NCBI GenBank assembly: GCA_011605725.1 | Contig: JAAOZP010000012.1 | Location: forward strand, 1-64,000 | Direction of reading: 5' to 3' | DNA length: 64,000 bases | Origin: Nitrososphaerota archaeon | Lineage (GTDB): Archaea; Thermoproteota; EX4484-205; JAAOZP01 | Notes under the pieces: model-generated | The model's input: only the letters and a program-made list of their open reading frames with translations | Databases searched by the model: none | Told to the model about the DNA's origin: nothing | Part shown: piece after piece, positions 1 to 9,896 of the stretch | How the letters are laid out: each line of letters starts with the position of its first letter | Numbering within the stretch: the first letter of the stretch is position 1 | Position numbers and translations under genes: made by a program

Positions 1-314
1 CTCCCTGGCTAATCATTATTGCCGCCATGGCTTTAATCATAATAGTCCTACTGGCGATGCTTTTAAGAAGAAAACCCAGGAGAGAGACACTTCCCCCACC
101 TCCCCCTCCTCCACCGCCTGAAAACATTCAGGCTGAAACAGGAACATACGAGCCTAGGCTTGAAAGACACTGGAGGTTTAAAGTTAAAAGACTCCTGCTG
201 CCCGCCATCTCAGCCGTCTCCATAATATCAATAGTGATTGGAGCCCCCGAGCAATATGGAACTGTCCAGGCATTCGTGAATTTCCTCTGCTTATCCTGCA
301 TAGGCATCTGGTGA
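1..314 (+). CDS. C-terminal part of a membrane protein with a poly-Pro linker (probably starts before the window)
   Basis: TM segment, KPRRETLPPPPPPPPP linker, then further hydrophobic segments. Confidence 0.55.
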   Translation, partial: PWLIIIAAMALIIIVLLAMLLRRKPRRETLPPPPPPPPPENIQAETGTYEPRLERHWRFKVKRLLLPAISAVSIISIVIGAPEQYGTVQAFVNFLCLSCIGIW

Positions 315-317
315 GAA

Positions 318-1091
318 GTGTCTTTGAACCTTACTCGTCCCAGAAGAGCAACCCAGCTCCTGGGATTCCTAGTTTTGAATCTAGGGTTAACATCCGCTTT
401 AAAGACCGGTATTGTATGTCCCGCGCTCTATTGTTACTCATGCCCTTTAGCATCTTTCGCATGCCCATTCGGGACTCTTCAGCATTTCATCGGGTTTGGG
501 GAGCTTCCCCTCTATGCTGGAGGAAGCCTCGGACTATACTCGGTATCGCTGGGAAGAACATACTGCGGCTGGTTCTGTCCATTCGGAGCAGTGCAGGACA
601 TTTTAGGAGGTTTTAGGAAAAAGAAGCTTAGGCTTAAAACCTTTCCCTGGGCCAAATTCACGGTTCTAGCCGTCGCGCTTGCAGCGGCTTACGCTACTGG
701 GGAAACAGTGTTCTGCAGGTATTGCCCGTCTGGAAGCTTGTTCGCCGCATTCCCCAACATCTTCCTTCTGAATCTGAACCCAATACCCCTTGGGGTTTGG
801 ATTCATCTAATAACCCTGACAACCGTTTTAATAGGCGTGTTAACCATAGGAAGAGTCTGGTGTAGATACTTCTGCCCGCTTGGAGCAGTTTTTGGAGCAT
901 TCAACAGGATCTCGGGTTTAACGATGAAGGTGGATTCGACGCTGTGCACAGGTTGTAGAAACTGTTTGAAAAACTGTCCCATGGGGATTGACGATGTAAA
1001 GGCAATCGGCTCCTCTACCGATTGTATTCGCTGCGGGAAGTGCGCTGAGGCTTGTCCTAGAAAAGCTATTCGATTCGCCGCGAACCTTTAA
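318..1091 (+). CDS. 4Fe-4S binding membrane protein (NapH/MauN-like polyferredoxin)
   Basis: GRTYCGWFCPFG and GRVWCRYFCPLG motifs, two C-terminal CxxCxxCxxxCP motifs, TM helices. Confidence 0.85.
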   Translation: MSLNLTRPRRATQLLGFLVLNLGLTSALKTGIVCPALYCYSCPLASFACPFGTLQHFIGFGELPLYAGGSLGLYSVSLGRTYCGWFCPFGAVQDILGGFRKKKLRLKTFPWAKFTVLAVALAAAYATGETVFCRYCPSGSLFAAFPNIFLLNLNPIPLGVWIHLITLTTVLIGVLTIGRVWCRYFCPLGAVFGAFNRISGLTMKVDSTLCTGCRNCLKNCPMGIDDVKAIGSSTDCIRCGKCAEACPRKAIRFAANL

Positions 1092-1194
1092 AAAACACGT
1101 CTAGACACTACTGGCAGCAGGCTGCAAAGTCCTGCGTCAGCACGCGCTATAAACAGCTTCGAGAATAATCCTGTTTAAAATCCTCAAGCCACTT

Positions 1195-2535
1195 TCAGAG
1201 CCCGGTTTCCCTCTTGTAGACTCTCTCGACGAACGAGTCCCTCACAGGCTTGTAAACCTTGTTGAAAAACTTCTGCTGGTCGAGCAGAACATCCTGCGGA
1301 AACTCCTCAAGATACTGTAAAGCCCTTCTCCAGGCTTCCTCATACGGAACCACCTCGTTTATCCTTCTAACTATTTGCTCATCATAATCCCTTGGAGTCT
1401 GTTCAGCATTACCTATCATTAACCACCCGTCTTCCGACAAGTAGGCAGTCTCATTCCCCAGTTGGAAAACGTTTCTCTCCTCAGCCTGCTTAGAAGGCTT
1501 AACAACATCCCTCCGGCCGGAAGGCTTCTTGGCTTCAACCCCTCTTTGCTTAGCCCAAGCGTAGAAGATTGCCCTGTTCAAGCCGAATGACTTGGATTTC
1601 TCGATGTCTCTCGTTAAAAGGAAGCATCGCGCAGCCTGCAGCAGCGCCATAACTTGGAACCTTCCAAGCCTGGGCGTTTCCTCTCCACGGCTCATGCTGC
1701 CCGAAGGCATGGGTGCCACTCTTTTAAAGTATCCTCCGACTGTAGATAAAGCTTTTTCCGCAAGCTCATCCGCCTCTCCTTCTTCAAAATCCATGTAAAC
1801 CGTCCTATGCTTGAAGCTCTCCGGGTTGACCCATGAAAGATCGAAGACGTCAATATCATCCGGTTTGAAGCAGACACACGAATAGTCCAGTTCCCTGTGG
1901 AGAGATAGTGGAAGAGTGAAAACCCTCTTAAGATCCATCTTATTCTCGATCTTTGCGCCTTCAGCTAAACCCGTAAGCTTCGGCTTAACCATCCTAGTGA
2001 CATACTCGACTATTGCGAAGGCAGCGTCCAGAGGATGATGCTTTTTAAAAAGCTCTCTGGAAAAAGCTTCTTCAGAAACATGCACGTGACACCCCCGGCC
2101 GCTCCATTTAAGATATACTGACTTCACAACCCTCTCCCTCTCAAGCTCCTCAACTATCAGCCTGCAAACAGCCAGTGTTTCACGCCACCTTTCAACATCA
2201 TTATCCACGTCCCAAGTCGGGGTGGAACGGTAAATGTTGGAAACATCCTCCAGGTCCTCGCTCACCGAGAGCCTAACGTATTTATTGGCTGAACCGTAGA
2301 AAGACCTAGGTTTAGCAAACCAGAATCCTCTCAGCAGCCTATTTACATCACTCGAATCCTTGAATCTAAGCGGCGACCCGTCTCTACCATACCTTATGAA
2401 AACCCTTCTCTCTAAGCCGCCTTCAACAGCTATCCACCTGTCTCTCCCATAGTTGAAGAGCTCTCCTGCAACCCTTGGGTGAGAGTAATACTCGAAAACC
2501 CAATCCAGGTCTCTCTGGCGACTTGGCTTCGCCAT
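1195..2535 (-). CDS. Archaeo-eukaryotic primase (AEP) superfamily protein fused to a C-terminal conserved domain of unknown function
   Basis: WDVDND (DxD motif I), WSGRGCHVH (motif II), MDLKRVFTLPLSLH (motif III); extra C-terminal domain RFQVMALLQAAR...GLNRAIFYAWAK. Confidence 0.6.
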   Translation of the reverse strand: MAKPSRQRDLDWVFEYYSHPRVAGELFNYGRDRWIAVEGGLERRVFIRYGRDGSPLRFKDSSDVNRLLRGFWFAKPRSFYGSANKYVRLSVSEDLEDVSNIYRSTPTWDVDNDVERWRETLAVCRLIVEELERERVVKSVYLKWSGRGCHVHVSEEAFSRELFKKHHPLDAAFAIVEYVTRMVKPKLTGLAEGAKIENKMDLKRVFTLPLSLHRELDYSCVCFKPDDIDVFDLSWVNPESFKHRTVYMDFEEGEADELAEKALSTVGGYFKRVAPMPSGSMSRGEETPRLGRFQVMALLQAARCFLLTRDIEKSKSFGLNRAIFYAWAKQRGVEAKKPSGRRDVVKPSKQAEERNVFQLGNETAYLSEDGWLMIGNAEQTPRDYDEQIVRRINEVVPYEEAWRRALQYLEEFPQDVLLDQQKFFNKVYKPVRDSFVERVYKRETGL

Positions 2536-2640
2536 GCTACGTTTTCCCCGCTGATTTAAAAATAAACTTTTCCAGCCTACTGGAGCAACCGGTGTTTATA
2601 AAAAGTTTAATAATAACTGCGCTGAAAAACCGTTGAAAAA

Positions 2641-3819
2641 TTGTCTGTTGAGCAAGAAGGTTTGGAAAAGAAGGAGGCGCCGGCTTCAACCCGTTTCTTA
2701 AGACAAATGCTGCTGATAATCATAAACCCGAGGGAAGCGTTTATCCAAGTTAAGGATTCACCCAGCTTTATCCCCATGCTGATTATCCCACCGATCCTAG
2801 TGGCATTAACTTTCACTCAATACTATGTTTTCTACAGGATGAAAATGAATATTCCGGCAGCATTCTACACGGAACAGATCGACTCCTTCATAAACAGCCT
2901 TATTCAGTTAAGGCTGATGCAATACATAGTTATAGTGTTGTTCAGCATACTTCTGATGCTGCTTATTTTCTGGAGCGGGAGGTTTTTAGGAGGATACGGA
3001 GACTTTAAGCAGGGTGTTTCCATAACAGGCTACGCGCATCTTCCGAATTTCCTTGGCCTCGTGATAATCATCCTGCTATTCCTGTTTATACCAGCGGTTC
3101 AGACAAGCGTCCTTACGCTTGTCGGCTACCCCATAAGGGGGCAGCCGAAGGATAACATAGTTATAGGCTTAAGAGACTACATAGGGGAAGATTCCAATTT
3201 GACTATGAGAATGATGAGTTACTACAGCGTTCCGTTGAACGCTACGATAAGCAGCGGCGGAGCTATAATTGGCGCCACTAGCATAGTTGAAGGAGAAATC
3301 AATATTACTTACGCTGTAACTACCTCGACAGGGATTAATAAGACTGTGAAAAAAATCTGGTTGAACGGAACAAGCCTAAACTATAACACTCCGTTAACAA
3401 TCAGAAAAATTTTCGACAGCGGAGAATATTGCGTGAAGAACTGTGTCAAGAGTTTCACCGTCGACCTAACCCTGTTTCTGAACAATACGTATGTCTCGCC
3501 GGTTCAAGAAAACATGAGCATACCGTACATCCTGGTTTTTAACGTTTACGAGGCGGGTGTGAAAACCAGAACCTACGAGGTTTCCTCAAGCTTCTACACT
3601 GAAGTGGCGCAATGTCCAGATCCAAAGCCTTTAGTCAACCTTATAAACGAGAAGATAAGCCCGATAGTTCAGGTTCTCATCATAGCTGTATCAATATGGC
3701 AGTTTCTCCTTTTAGCCGTAGCGCTCAGGATTATTCACGAATTCCAATGGGTTAAAGTTATACTTTTCGTAGGGGCTTATGCTGCAGCTAAGTATTTGCT
3801 TCTCGGCTTCACAATATGA
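2641..3819 (+). CDS. Yip1-domain membrane protein with a large inserted extracytoplasmic domain
   Basis: IIINPREAF N-terminal motif, multiple TM helices, central beta-rich region with many N-x-S/T sequons. Confidence 0.6.
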   Translation: MSVEQEGLEKKEAPASTRFLRQMLLIIINPREAFIQVKDSPSFIPMLIIPPILVALTFTQYYVFYRMKMNIPAAFYTEQIDSFINSLIQLRLMQYIVIVLFSILLMLLIFWSGRFLGGYGDFKQGVSITGYAHLPNFLGLVIIILLFLFIPAVQTSVLTLVGYPIRGQPKDNIVIGLRDYIGEDSNLTMRMMSYYSVPLNATISSGGAIIGATSIVEGEINITYAVTTSTGINKTVKKIWLNGTSLNYNTPLTIRKIFDSGEYCVKNCVKSFTVDLTLFLNNTYVSPVQENMSIPYILVFNVYEAGVKTRTYEVSSSFYTEVAQCPDPKPLVNLINEKISPIVQVLIIAVSIWQFLLLAVALRIIHEFQWVKVILFVGAYAAAKYLLLGFTI

Positions 3820-3832
3820 CTCTTAAAAAGTT

Positions 3833-4957
3833 TCAAAGCATCATCTCTATGCATTTTACATATGCTTCTGAAACATCAACCCCAGTACAGTTCCTCGTGT
3901 TAATATAGAAGTCTGGACGGGAATTAACCTCTATGAAGAAGACTTCTGCATGATCCAAGACTTCTTCCAAAAAACTTGCAAGCTTAGAATATTCCGGGGT
4001 TCTAAACATTTCTTTAAACGCTTCATCCATTTTCCCCCGGGCCTCTAGAAACTTGTCCCGAGAAAGCTTAACGCTTCTTGAAAAACACTCCTTAAACCTT
4101 TTAACCCGCTCGTGAACAGGCGCAAGACTCCTACTGTATCCGACGACTTTTTCAACCGCTTCACGATCCACCTCAGGTATCGCGTCGACCCCGAGTACAC
4201 CTATTGTTTTCGAAACGGCTGCAGCAGCCCTAGCAGCCTCATTCTCAACCCTCCTGGGAATAGTCACGCCCACGGGCACAGCCCCTAAGGCAGTGTTAGT
4301 TGCAAAAACCTCCTTTGAAGATGGGACTCTCGCGAGAGAAGCTAGGCAAACATGGCTCACCCCGTTGTAGGAAGCCACGACTATCCTAAGGTCGAAAGCC
4401 TTATTCACGGCACTCTGAACCAGCAGGCCTGACGGACTGTCTAGGCTCCTAACCCATTTTCTAAGTATGTTTTCAAGCTGCTTCCTTTCCTCAACCAGCG
4501 TAACGTTCCTTCCCCGGCTGCCTCTCTCAGGCTTCACGACGAACGGGTAGTTGAACAAAAACTCTATCTCGTCAACCACCCTCCTGATGTCCTCAACCCT
4601 GTAAACCGGTTTCTCACCCTCTTTTTCAACAGCGAAAGGAACGTACGCGGTCTTAACGGTTTTAACCCTGTTTCTAATGAACCTGGCTATTGTGAACGTT
4701 TTATTGTTACACACGTTTTCAACCTCGAATGCATTAATCACTCTTCCACCGTTCTCCTCCAGCAGGAACGAGGCTCTTTCCCTTCTGGATTTAGACTGAC
4801 ACCTGTTTATAACCGGAGAATATTCTTCAACGCCTCCAAGCATGTTTACAGTCACCGGGAAATTTACCGTTTCAAGCAGCACTCCTTTTTCCTCAGCAGC
4901 CAGTTTTATACCTATTTCGTCACACGTCACAGCGTCATAAAATATTGCGGGCTTCAA
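3833..4957 (-). CDS. RimK/LysX-like ATP-grasp ligase
   Basis: YPFVVKPERGSRGRNV, DLRIVV, TNTALG, GVD and IEVNSRP motifs. Confidence 0.75.
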   Translation of the reverse strand: MKPAIFYDAVTCDEIGIKLAAEEKGVLLETVNFPVTVNMLGGVEEYSPVINRCQSKSRRERASFLLEENGGRVINAFEVENVCNNKTFTIARFIRNRVKTVKTAYVPFAVEKEGEKPVYRVEDIRRVVDEIEFLFNYPFVVKPERGSRGRNVTLVEERKQLENILRKWVRSLDSPSGLLVQSAVNKAFDLRIVVASYNGVSHVCLASLARVPSSKEVFATNTALGAVPVGVTIPRRVENEAARAAAAVSKTIGVLGVDAIPEVDREAVEKVVGYSRSLAPVHERVKRFKECFSRSVKLSRDKFLEARGKMDEAFKEMFRTPEYSKLASFLEEVLDHAEVFFIEVNSRPDFYINTRNCTGVDVSEAYVKCIEMML

Positions 4958-5631
4958 GGCTTCCAGTAGACTCCTTCAACACTCCTCCTCAAATCCTTAA
5001 CTGCTTTCGCAACATTATTAGACCCGTATATCGCGGAGCCGGCTACAAGCATCGTCGCCCCTGCTTTAACGGCCAGTGGAGCAGTCTTAACGTTCACCCC
5101 GCCGTCGACAGCAACATCCACATTATCCAGGCCCCTTGAGAAAAGGCTTCTCCTCACAGCCGTGATCTTTGGAAGAGTTTCAAGCATGAATCTCTGAGCA
5201 CCGAAACCCGGGTTAACAGTCATGACTAGCACGATGTCCACGTCGTCAAGCAGCCTAGTGACTCTATTAACCTTCGTAGCAGGGTTTATCGAAACCCCCG
5301 GCTTAACCCCTAGCTTCCTTATCCTGTTTACAAGGCTTAAAGGACGGCTGGTAGACTCTACGTGAATAGTGACGATATCAACCCCAGCCTTAGCCATCTC
5401 CTCGACAAACCATTCCGGCTTATCAACCATAAGGTGGGCTTCCAAAGGCAGCTTCGTCTCCTTCCTTATGCATTTAACCACAGGCGGCCCTATGGTCATG
5501 TTCGGCACGAAATGCGCATCCATAACGTCGATGTGAAGAAGGTCGACTCCAGCCGACTCCACCCGCTTAATATCTTCAGCAAGCCTAGCGAAATCCGCGG
5601 ACAGTATTGAAGCGGCAATCTTAACTCTCAA
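4954..5631 (-). CDS. rpe: Ribulose-phosphate 3-epimerase
   Basis: SILSADF, HIDVMDAHFVPNMTIG, VMTVNPGFGAQ, VDGGVN. Confidence 0.95.
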   Translation of the reverse strand: MRVKIAASILSADFARLAEDIKRVESAGVDLLHIDVMDAHFVPNMTIGPPVVKCIRKETKLPLEAHLMVDKPEWFVEEMAKAGVDIVTIHVESTSRPLSLVNRIRKLGVKPGVSINPATKVNRVTRLLDDVDIVLVMTVNPGFGAQRFMLETLPKITAVRRSLFSRGLDNVDVAVDGGVNVKTAPLAVKAGATMLVAGSAIYGSNNVAKAVKDLRRSVEGVYWKP

Positions 5632-5888
5632 AAACCACCACCCGTCCCCTTTCTAAGCATTTTTCAAACCTCAACCCAGTACGGTACGTAGTGAAAAACA
5701 GGCTGACGCTTTATAAAGTTGTTGCGGAAAACGGAAACTTTTGAAAAGCTCTAAAAACGCTTAAAGCCTCAGGTTTATCTCGAAGCCATAGCGCGTTCTA
5801 AACAGGCGATTTAACCAGATGCTGAACAACATTCACGAGAAAAGGGATGCAAAACCTATATAAGTTTTCTAGGGTTGAAGGTAGAAAG

Positions 5889-8665
5889 ATGAGGAACGTT
5901 TGGGAGCTTGCTCCGGAGAAAGTCTTCGAAGAGTTAAAGACTACTCCCCAGGGGCTCAGCAGCGAGGAGGCTGAACGCAGGCTCAGGGAGTATGGTTTAA
6001 ACGAGGCTTTAACCGGTAGGAGACTATCCTCCCTGCTTCTATTCCTCTCCCAGTTTAGAAGCCCTCTCGTCTACATACTGGTTTTCGCGACACTCGTAGC
6101 AGCGCTGGCGGGAGAGCTGACGGACGCCATTATAATCCTCGTCATCATAATCGTAAACTCTCTAATCGGCTTCATATTGGAGAGAAGATCAGGGAAAGCC
6201 CTTGAAAAACTAAGGAAATACGTCAGATACAGCGTGAAGGTTGTGAGGGACGGTAAGAAAATAGTGATAGATTCAACTCAGCTCGTACCTGGAGACCTCG
6301 TTGAGCTTACAGTGGGCGACATAGTTCCTGCAGACATAAGGCTAGTATCGTGTGAAAACCTTACTACAAACGAGTCGACGTTAACAGGCGAGTCGCTGCC
6401 TGTTGAAAAAACCTTCAACCCGATTAAGGCTAAACCAATCCCCCAGGAGCTTTCCAACTTCGTCTTCATGGGTACCAGCATTATCTCCGGCATGGCAACC
6501 GGGGTGTTGTCTCAACAGGAAAACAGACGTTCTTCGGAAGAGCTGTGAAATACATTGTTGAAGAAGAGGGTGAAACAGAGTTCTCCAAAAGCATTTCAAG
6601 ATTCAGCAGGTTTCTGGTGGAGATAGTCGCTGTGATGACGGCCTTCGTCTTCATAGCTAACGCGCTTCTCCAAAGGCCGTTGATAGACTCTCTGCTTTTC
6701 GCACTGGCTCTCGCAGTGGGAATAACTCCTGAAGCGCTTCCCTTCGTAATAACAGTAAGCCTTTCAATGGGTTCTCTAAAAATGGCTAGGAGGAAGGTCA
6801 TAGTCAAGAGGCTGGACTCTATTGAGGATATTGGCAATATGGATGTTCTATGCACTGATAAAACAGGTACTCTAACTGAGAACGTGATTACTGTTGAAAG
6901 CTTTTTCACCGCTGACAACAGGCCTTCTGAAACAGTTATCGAGCTTGCGGCAGCAGCGTGCGACGTCACTGTTCAAAGAGGGAAGGTGGTGGGTAACCCG
7001 ATAGATTCAGCAATCTACAACTATGTTCTTAAAAAGTTTGGACAAGCTAAGGTTGCAGCATATAAGCGTATACAGCTGATCCCGTTCGACTTTTCAAGAA
7101 GAAGGATGAGCGTAGTGGTTGAGAAGAACGGGGAATACCTTTTAGTTTGCAAGGGCGCACCGGAGTCGGTGATCTCAGTATGTAAAGACGTGCATGTTTC
7201 AGACTCCGTTGAGCCGATTTCAAACCTAGAGGAGAATCTGAAAGAAACATATTCGAGCTGGAGCAGGTCCGGCTACAGGGTTATAGGAGTAGGGGTAAAA
7301 GAGCTGTCTGAAGAAGAAGTTAAATCAAGTAGGAAGTTCTCCCCGGAGGATGAAAAGGATTTAACCTTCATGGGTTTCGTAACTTTTCTCGACCCGCCGA
7401 AGAAAGACGCTATTAAAGCGATGACCGCGTTCAGAAGACTAGGGATTAACCTTAAGATTGTAAGTGGCGACGACCCGAATGTTACGGCTGAAGTCTGCAG
7501 GTCAGTCGGCCTTCAAGTAGAGGGGGGAAGGGTGATTACTGGAAGCGAGCTTGAAGGAATGGATGGGGAAGAGTTGAAGAAGGTTGTTGAAAAACATAAT
7601 GTTTTCGCACGCGTCACGCCTGAGCAGAAGGTTGAGATAATCAAGGCGCTTAGAGAAAACGGTCATGTAGTTGGTTTTCTAGGGGACGGGGTGAACGATG
7701 CGCCAGCGCTAAGGATTTCGGACGTAGGTATATCTGTGGACACTGCTGTAGACGTGGCTAAGGATGCTGCCGACATCATCCTGCTTCAGAAAAGACTAGG
7801 CGTGATAACGAACGGCGTAATAGAGGGGAGGAGAATATTCGGCAACACTATAAAGTATGTTTTGAACACTTTAAGCGCTAACTTCGGAAACATGCTTACT
7901 GTAGCGTTCGCATCCGTTCTCCTCCCTTTCATACCGCTCCTGCCCACACAGGTTCTTCTCCTAAACCTTCTTTCAGACGCCCCTCTTCTAATGATATCAA
8001 CGGATAATGTTGACAAAGAGTATTTAAGGTCGCCGAGAAGATGGAGCATAAGGTTCCTTTCAGAAGCAATGATGTTCTTCGGACTGATAAGCACTATGTT
8101 CGACCTTCTAACAATGCAGGCTCTCCACATACTGCTGCAGTTCCACTATGACCCGAGCTCCGAAATCTTCCAGACGCTTTTCAGAACAGGATGGTTTCTC
8201 GAATCAGTGCTTTCGGAAATGTTCGTGACTTTCTCAATAAGGACCCACATGCCCTTCTACCGCTCTAAGCCGAGCGGATGGCTGGTTGGAACGACTGAAA
8301 TAGTCTTCCTAACAGTTATCTTCATAATCTACTCTCCTGTCGGCGAAGCCTTCCGATTCGCAGCACCCTCAGCCTACCTCCTAGCCATAATCGCGATAAT
8401 TCTAGTCTCCTACTTCATACTGCTGGAACTGGTTAAGAAGCCTTTCTTCAGGAGACACAGGTTTGGAGGACCCCCGCCAGAAGTGCTCTCCGAAGTTAAG
8501 AAGCTCAGGGGGAGAAGGGGGGCGATAATGAGGAGGCTCAGGAAGCTGCAACGGTTAAGGGAGTCCGGCGGGATTTCTGAGGAAGCATACCTAACGCTCA
8601 GCAGCGAGTTGGAAGAGGATTTAATGAAGGTGAATGAAAGACTGAAAGAATTGTTGAAAGACTAG
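5889..8665 (+). pseudogene. mgtA: Mg2+-translocating P-type ATPase, split by a single frameshift near 6506 (real lesion or sequencing error)
   Basis: TGES, TPEALP, DKTGTLT, PFDFSRRRMS and GDGVNDAPAL motifs. The two ORFs join as ...ATGV/VVSTGKQTFFGRAVKY if one base is restored. Confidence 0.85.
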
Positions 8666-9810
8666 TTCAACACGCTTTTCTGAAAAACAGGCTCCGCAAG
8701 GTTGTCTAGACGGGATACTACTAGACCCATAAGCTCATCTAAGCCTTTACGCAGCTTCGCCGACACCACGCAGTAAGGCAGGTCGTGAATAAGAGGATAA
8801 GCCCTGTTAATCTTCAACTCCACCTCTTGACTGCCTGATGCAAGGTCACACTTATTGAAAACCATCAGTATCCTCTCATCCTTAACCTTGAGGCTTCTAA
8901 GAATATCCAGGCAAGTCTTAATCCTTAAAAGCAGCAAGTCTGAAGGATCGCTCACATCCACAGTAAGCATTACAAGGTCTGAAAGCCTTATGTCGTCAAG
9001 CGTTATGCTGAAGTAAGCGATCAGCCGTGGGTCAAGATCCATTACGAACCCTATAGTGTCAACCAGAAAAACCTCGCGCCCCCTATGGGGAAGCAGGTAG
9101 TACTTACTGGTCAGCGTGGTGAAAGGCCTTGGACTAACGGGTTTATCCAAGTTCGTGAGAGCGTTGAAAAGCGTTGTTTTACCCGCATTATAATACCCAG
9201 TTATGCAAACCGTAGGTATGCCTGTTTCCCTCCTTCTTTTAAGCTGTAAAAGTCTTTCAAGCCTCCTCTTCTCAATCTCCGCTTGAATCAGCGACTTTCT
9301 CTTCAAAAGGCTTGCAACAGTCTCGTGATAAGCATATTCTCCGAGGCTCCTTGGACCAGGATGCTCCCTACCAGTCTTAAACCTTATAGACGCCAGCAGC
9401 TTCTGGTAGGGTATTTCTTTCAAGAGCCTGGCAAGCCTTATCTGAAGCTTAGAAAGCCTGTCTGAAGACGAAATTTCGAAAATCTTAAGCGTCAAGTCAT
9501 ATCTGTCCAACACCTCTACGCCCAGGATTCTTTCAAGATTATACTTTTGCTTACTTGTCAACACGTTGTAGAAGATAACGGTTTCAACACTGTTTTCAGC
9601 AACCTGTTGCTTCACCTCCTCTAGCTTGCCTCTACCAAGCATGAAAGCAACATTCTCCTTAGGGTTCACCTGTATGGTTGAACCGGAGACACTGTATCCG
9701 GCTGCAATACTCAGCTCCCTAAGCTCGCCAAGCCTAATCCTGTATAGGTGGTGATCATGAGGATCAGTCTTAACCATGCAGAGCCAGGCTCTCAAACCAC
9801 TGTTTTTCAA
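8662..9810 (-). CDS. hflX: GTPase HflX
   Basis: GRGKLEE, LKIFE...KLQIRLA, G1 GYYNAGKT, FTTL, DTIGF, NKCD. Confidence 0.9.
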   Translation of the reverse strand: MKNSGLRAWLCMVKTDPHDHHLYRIRLGELRELSIAAGYSVSGSTIQVNPKENVAFMLGRGKLEEVKQQVAENSVETVIFYNVLTSKQKYNLERILGVEVLDRYDLTLKIFEISSSDRLSKLQIRLARLLKEIPYQKLLASIRFKTGREHPGPRSLGEYAYHETVASLLKRKSLIQAEIEKRRLERLLQLKRRRETGIPTVCITGYYNAGKTTLFNALTNLDKPVSPRPFTTLTSKYYLLPHRGREVFLVDTIGFVMDLDPRLIAYFSITLDDIRLSDLVMLTVDVSDPSDLLLLRIKTCLDILRSLKVKDERILMVFNKCDLASGSQEVELKINRAYPLIHDLPYCVVSAKLRKGLDELMGLVVSRLDNLAEPVFQKSVLN

Positions 9811-9896
9811 ACAGTAAGCATCCCTTCTAATAAGCTTTGACGTTCCCTACAGGGACCAGGAGGCTCTTTTCAACAGCCGTAAACAGCGTGAGCCGC

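Noticed and set aside
91-120. C-rich low-complexity tract
   Set aside because: Explained by a poly-proline linker in the coding sequence.
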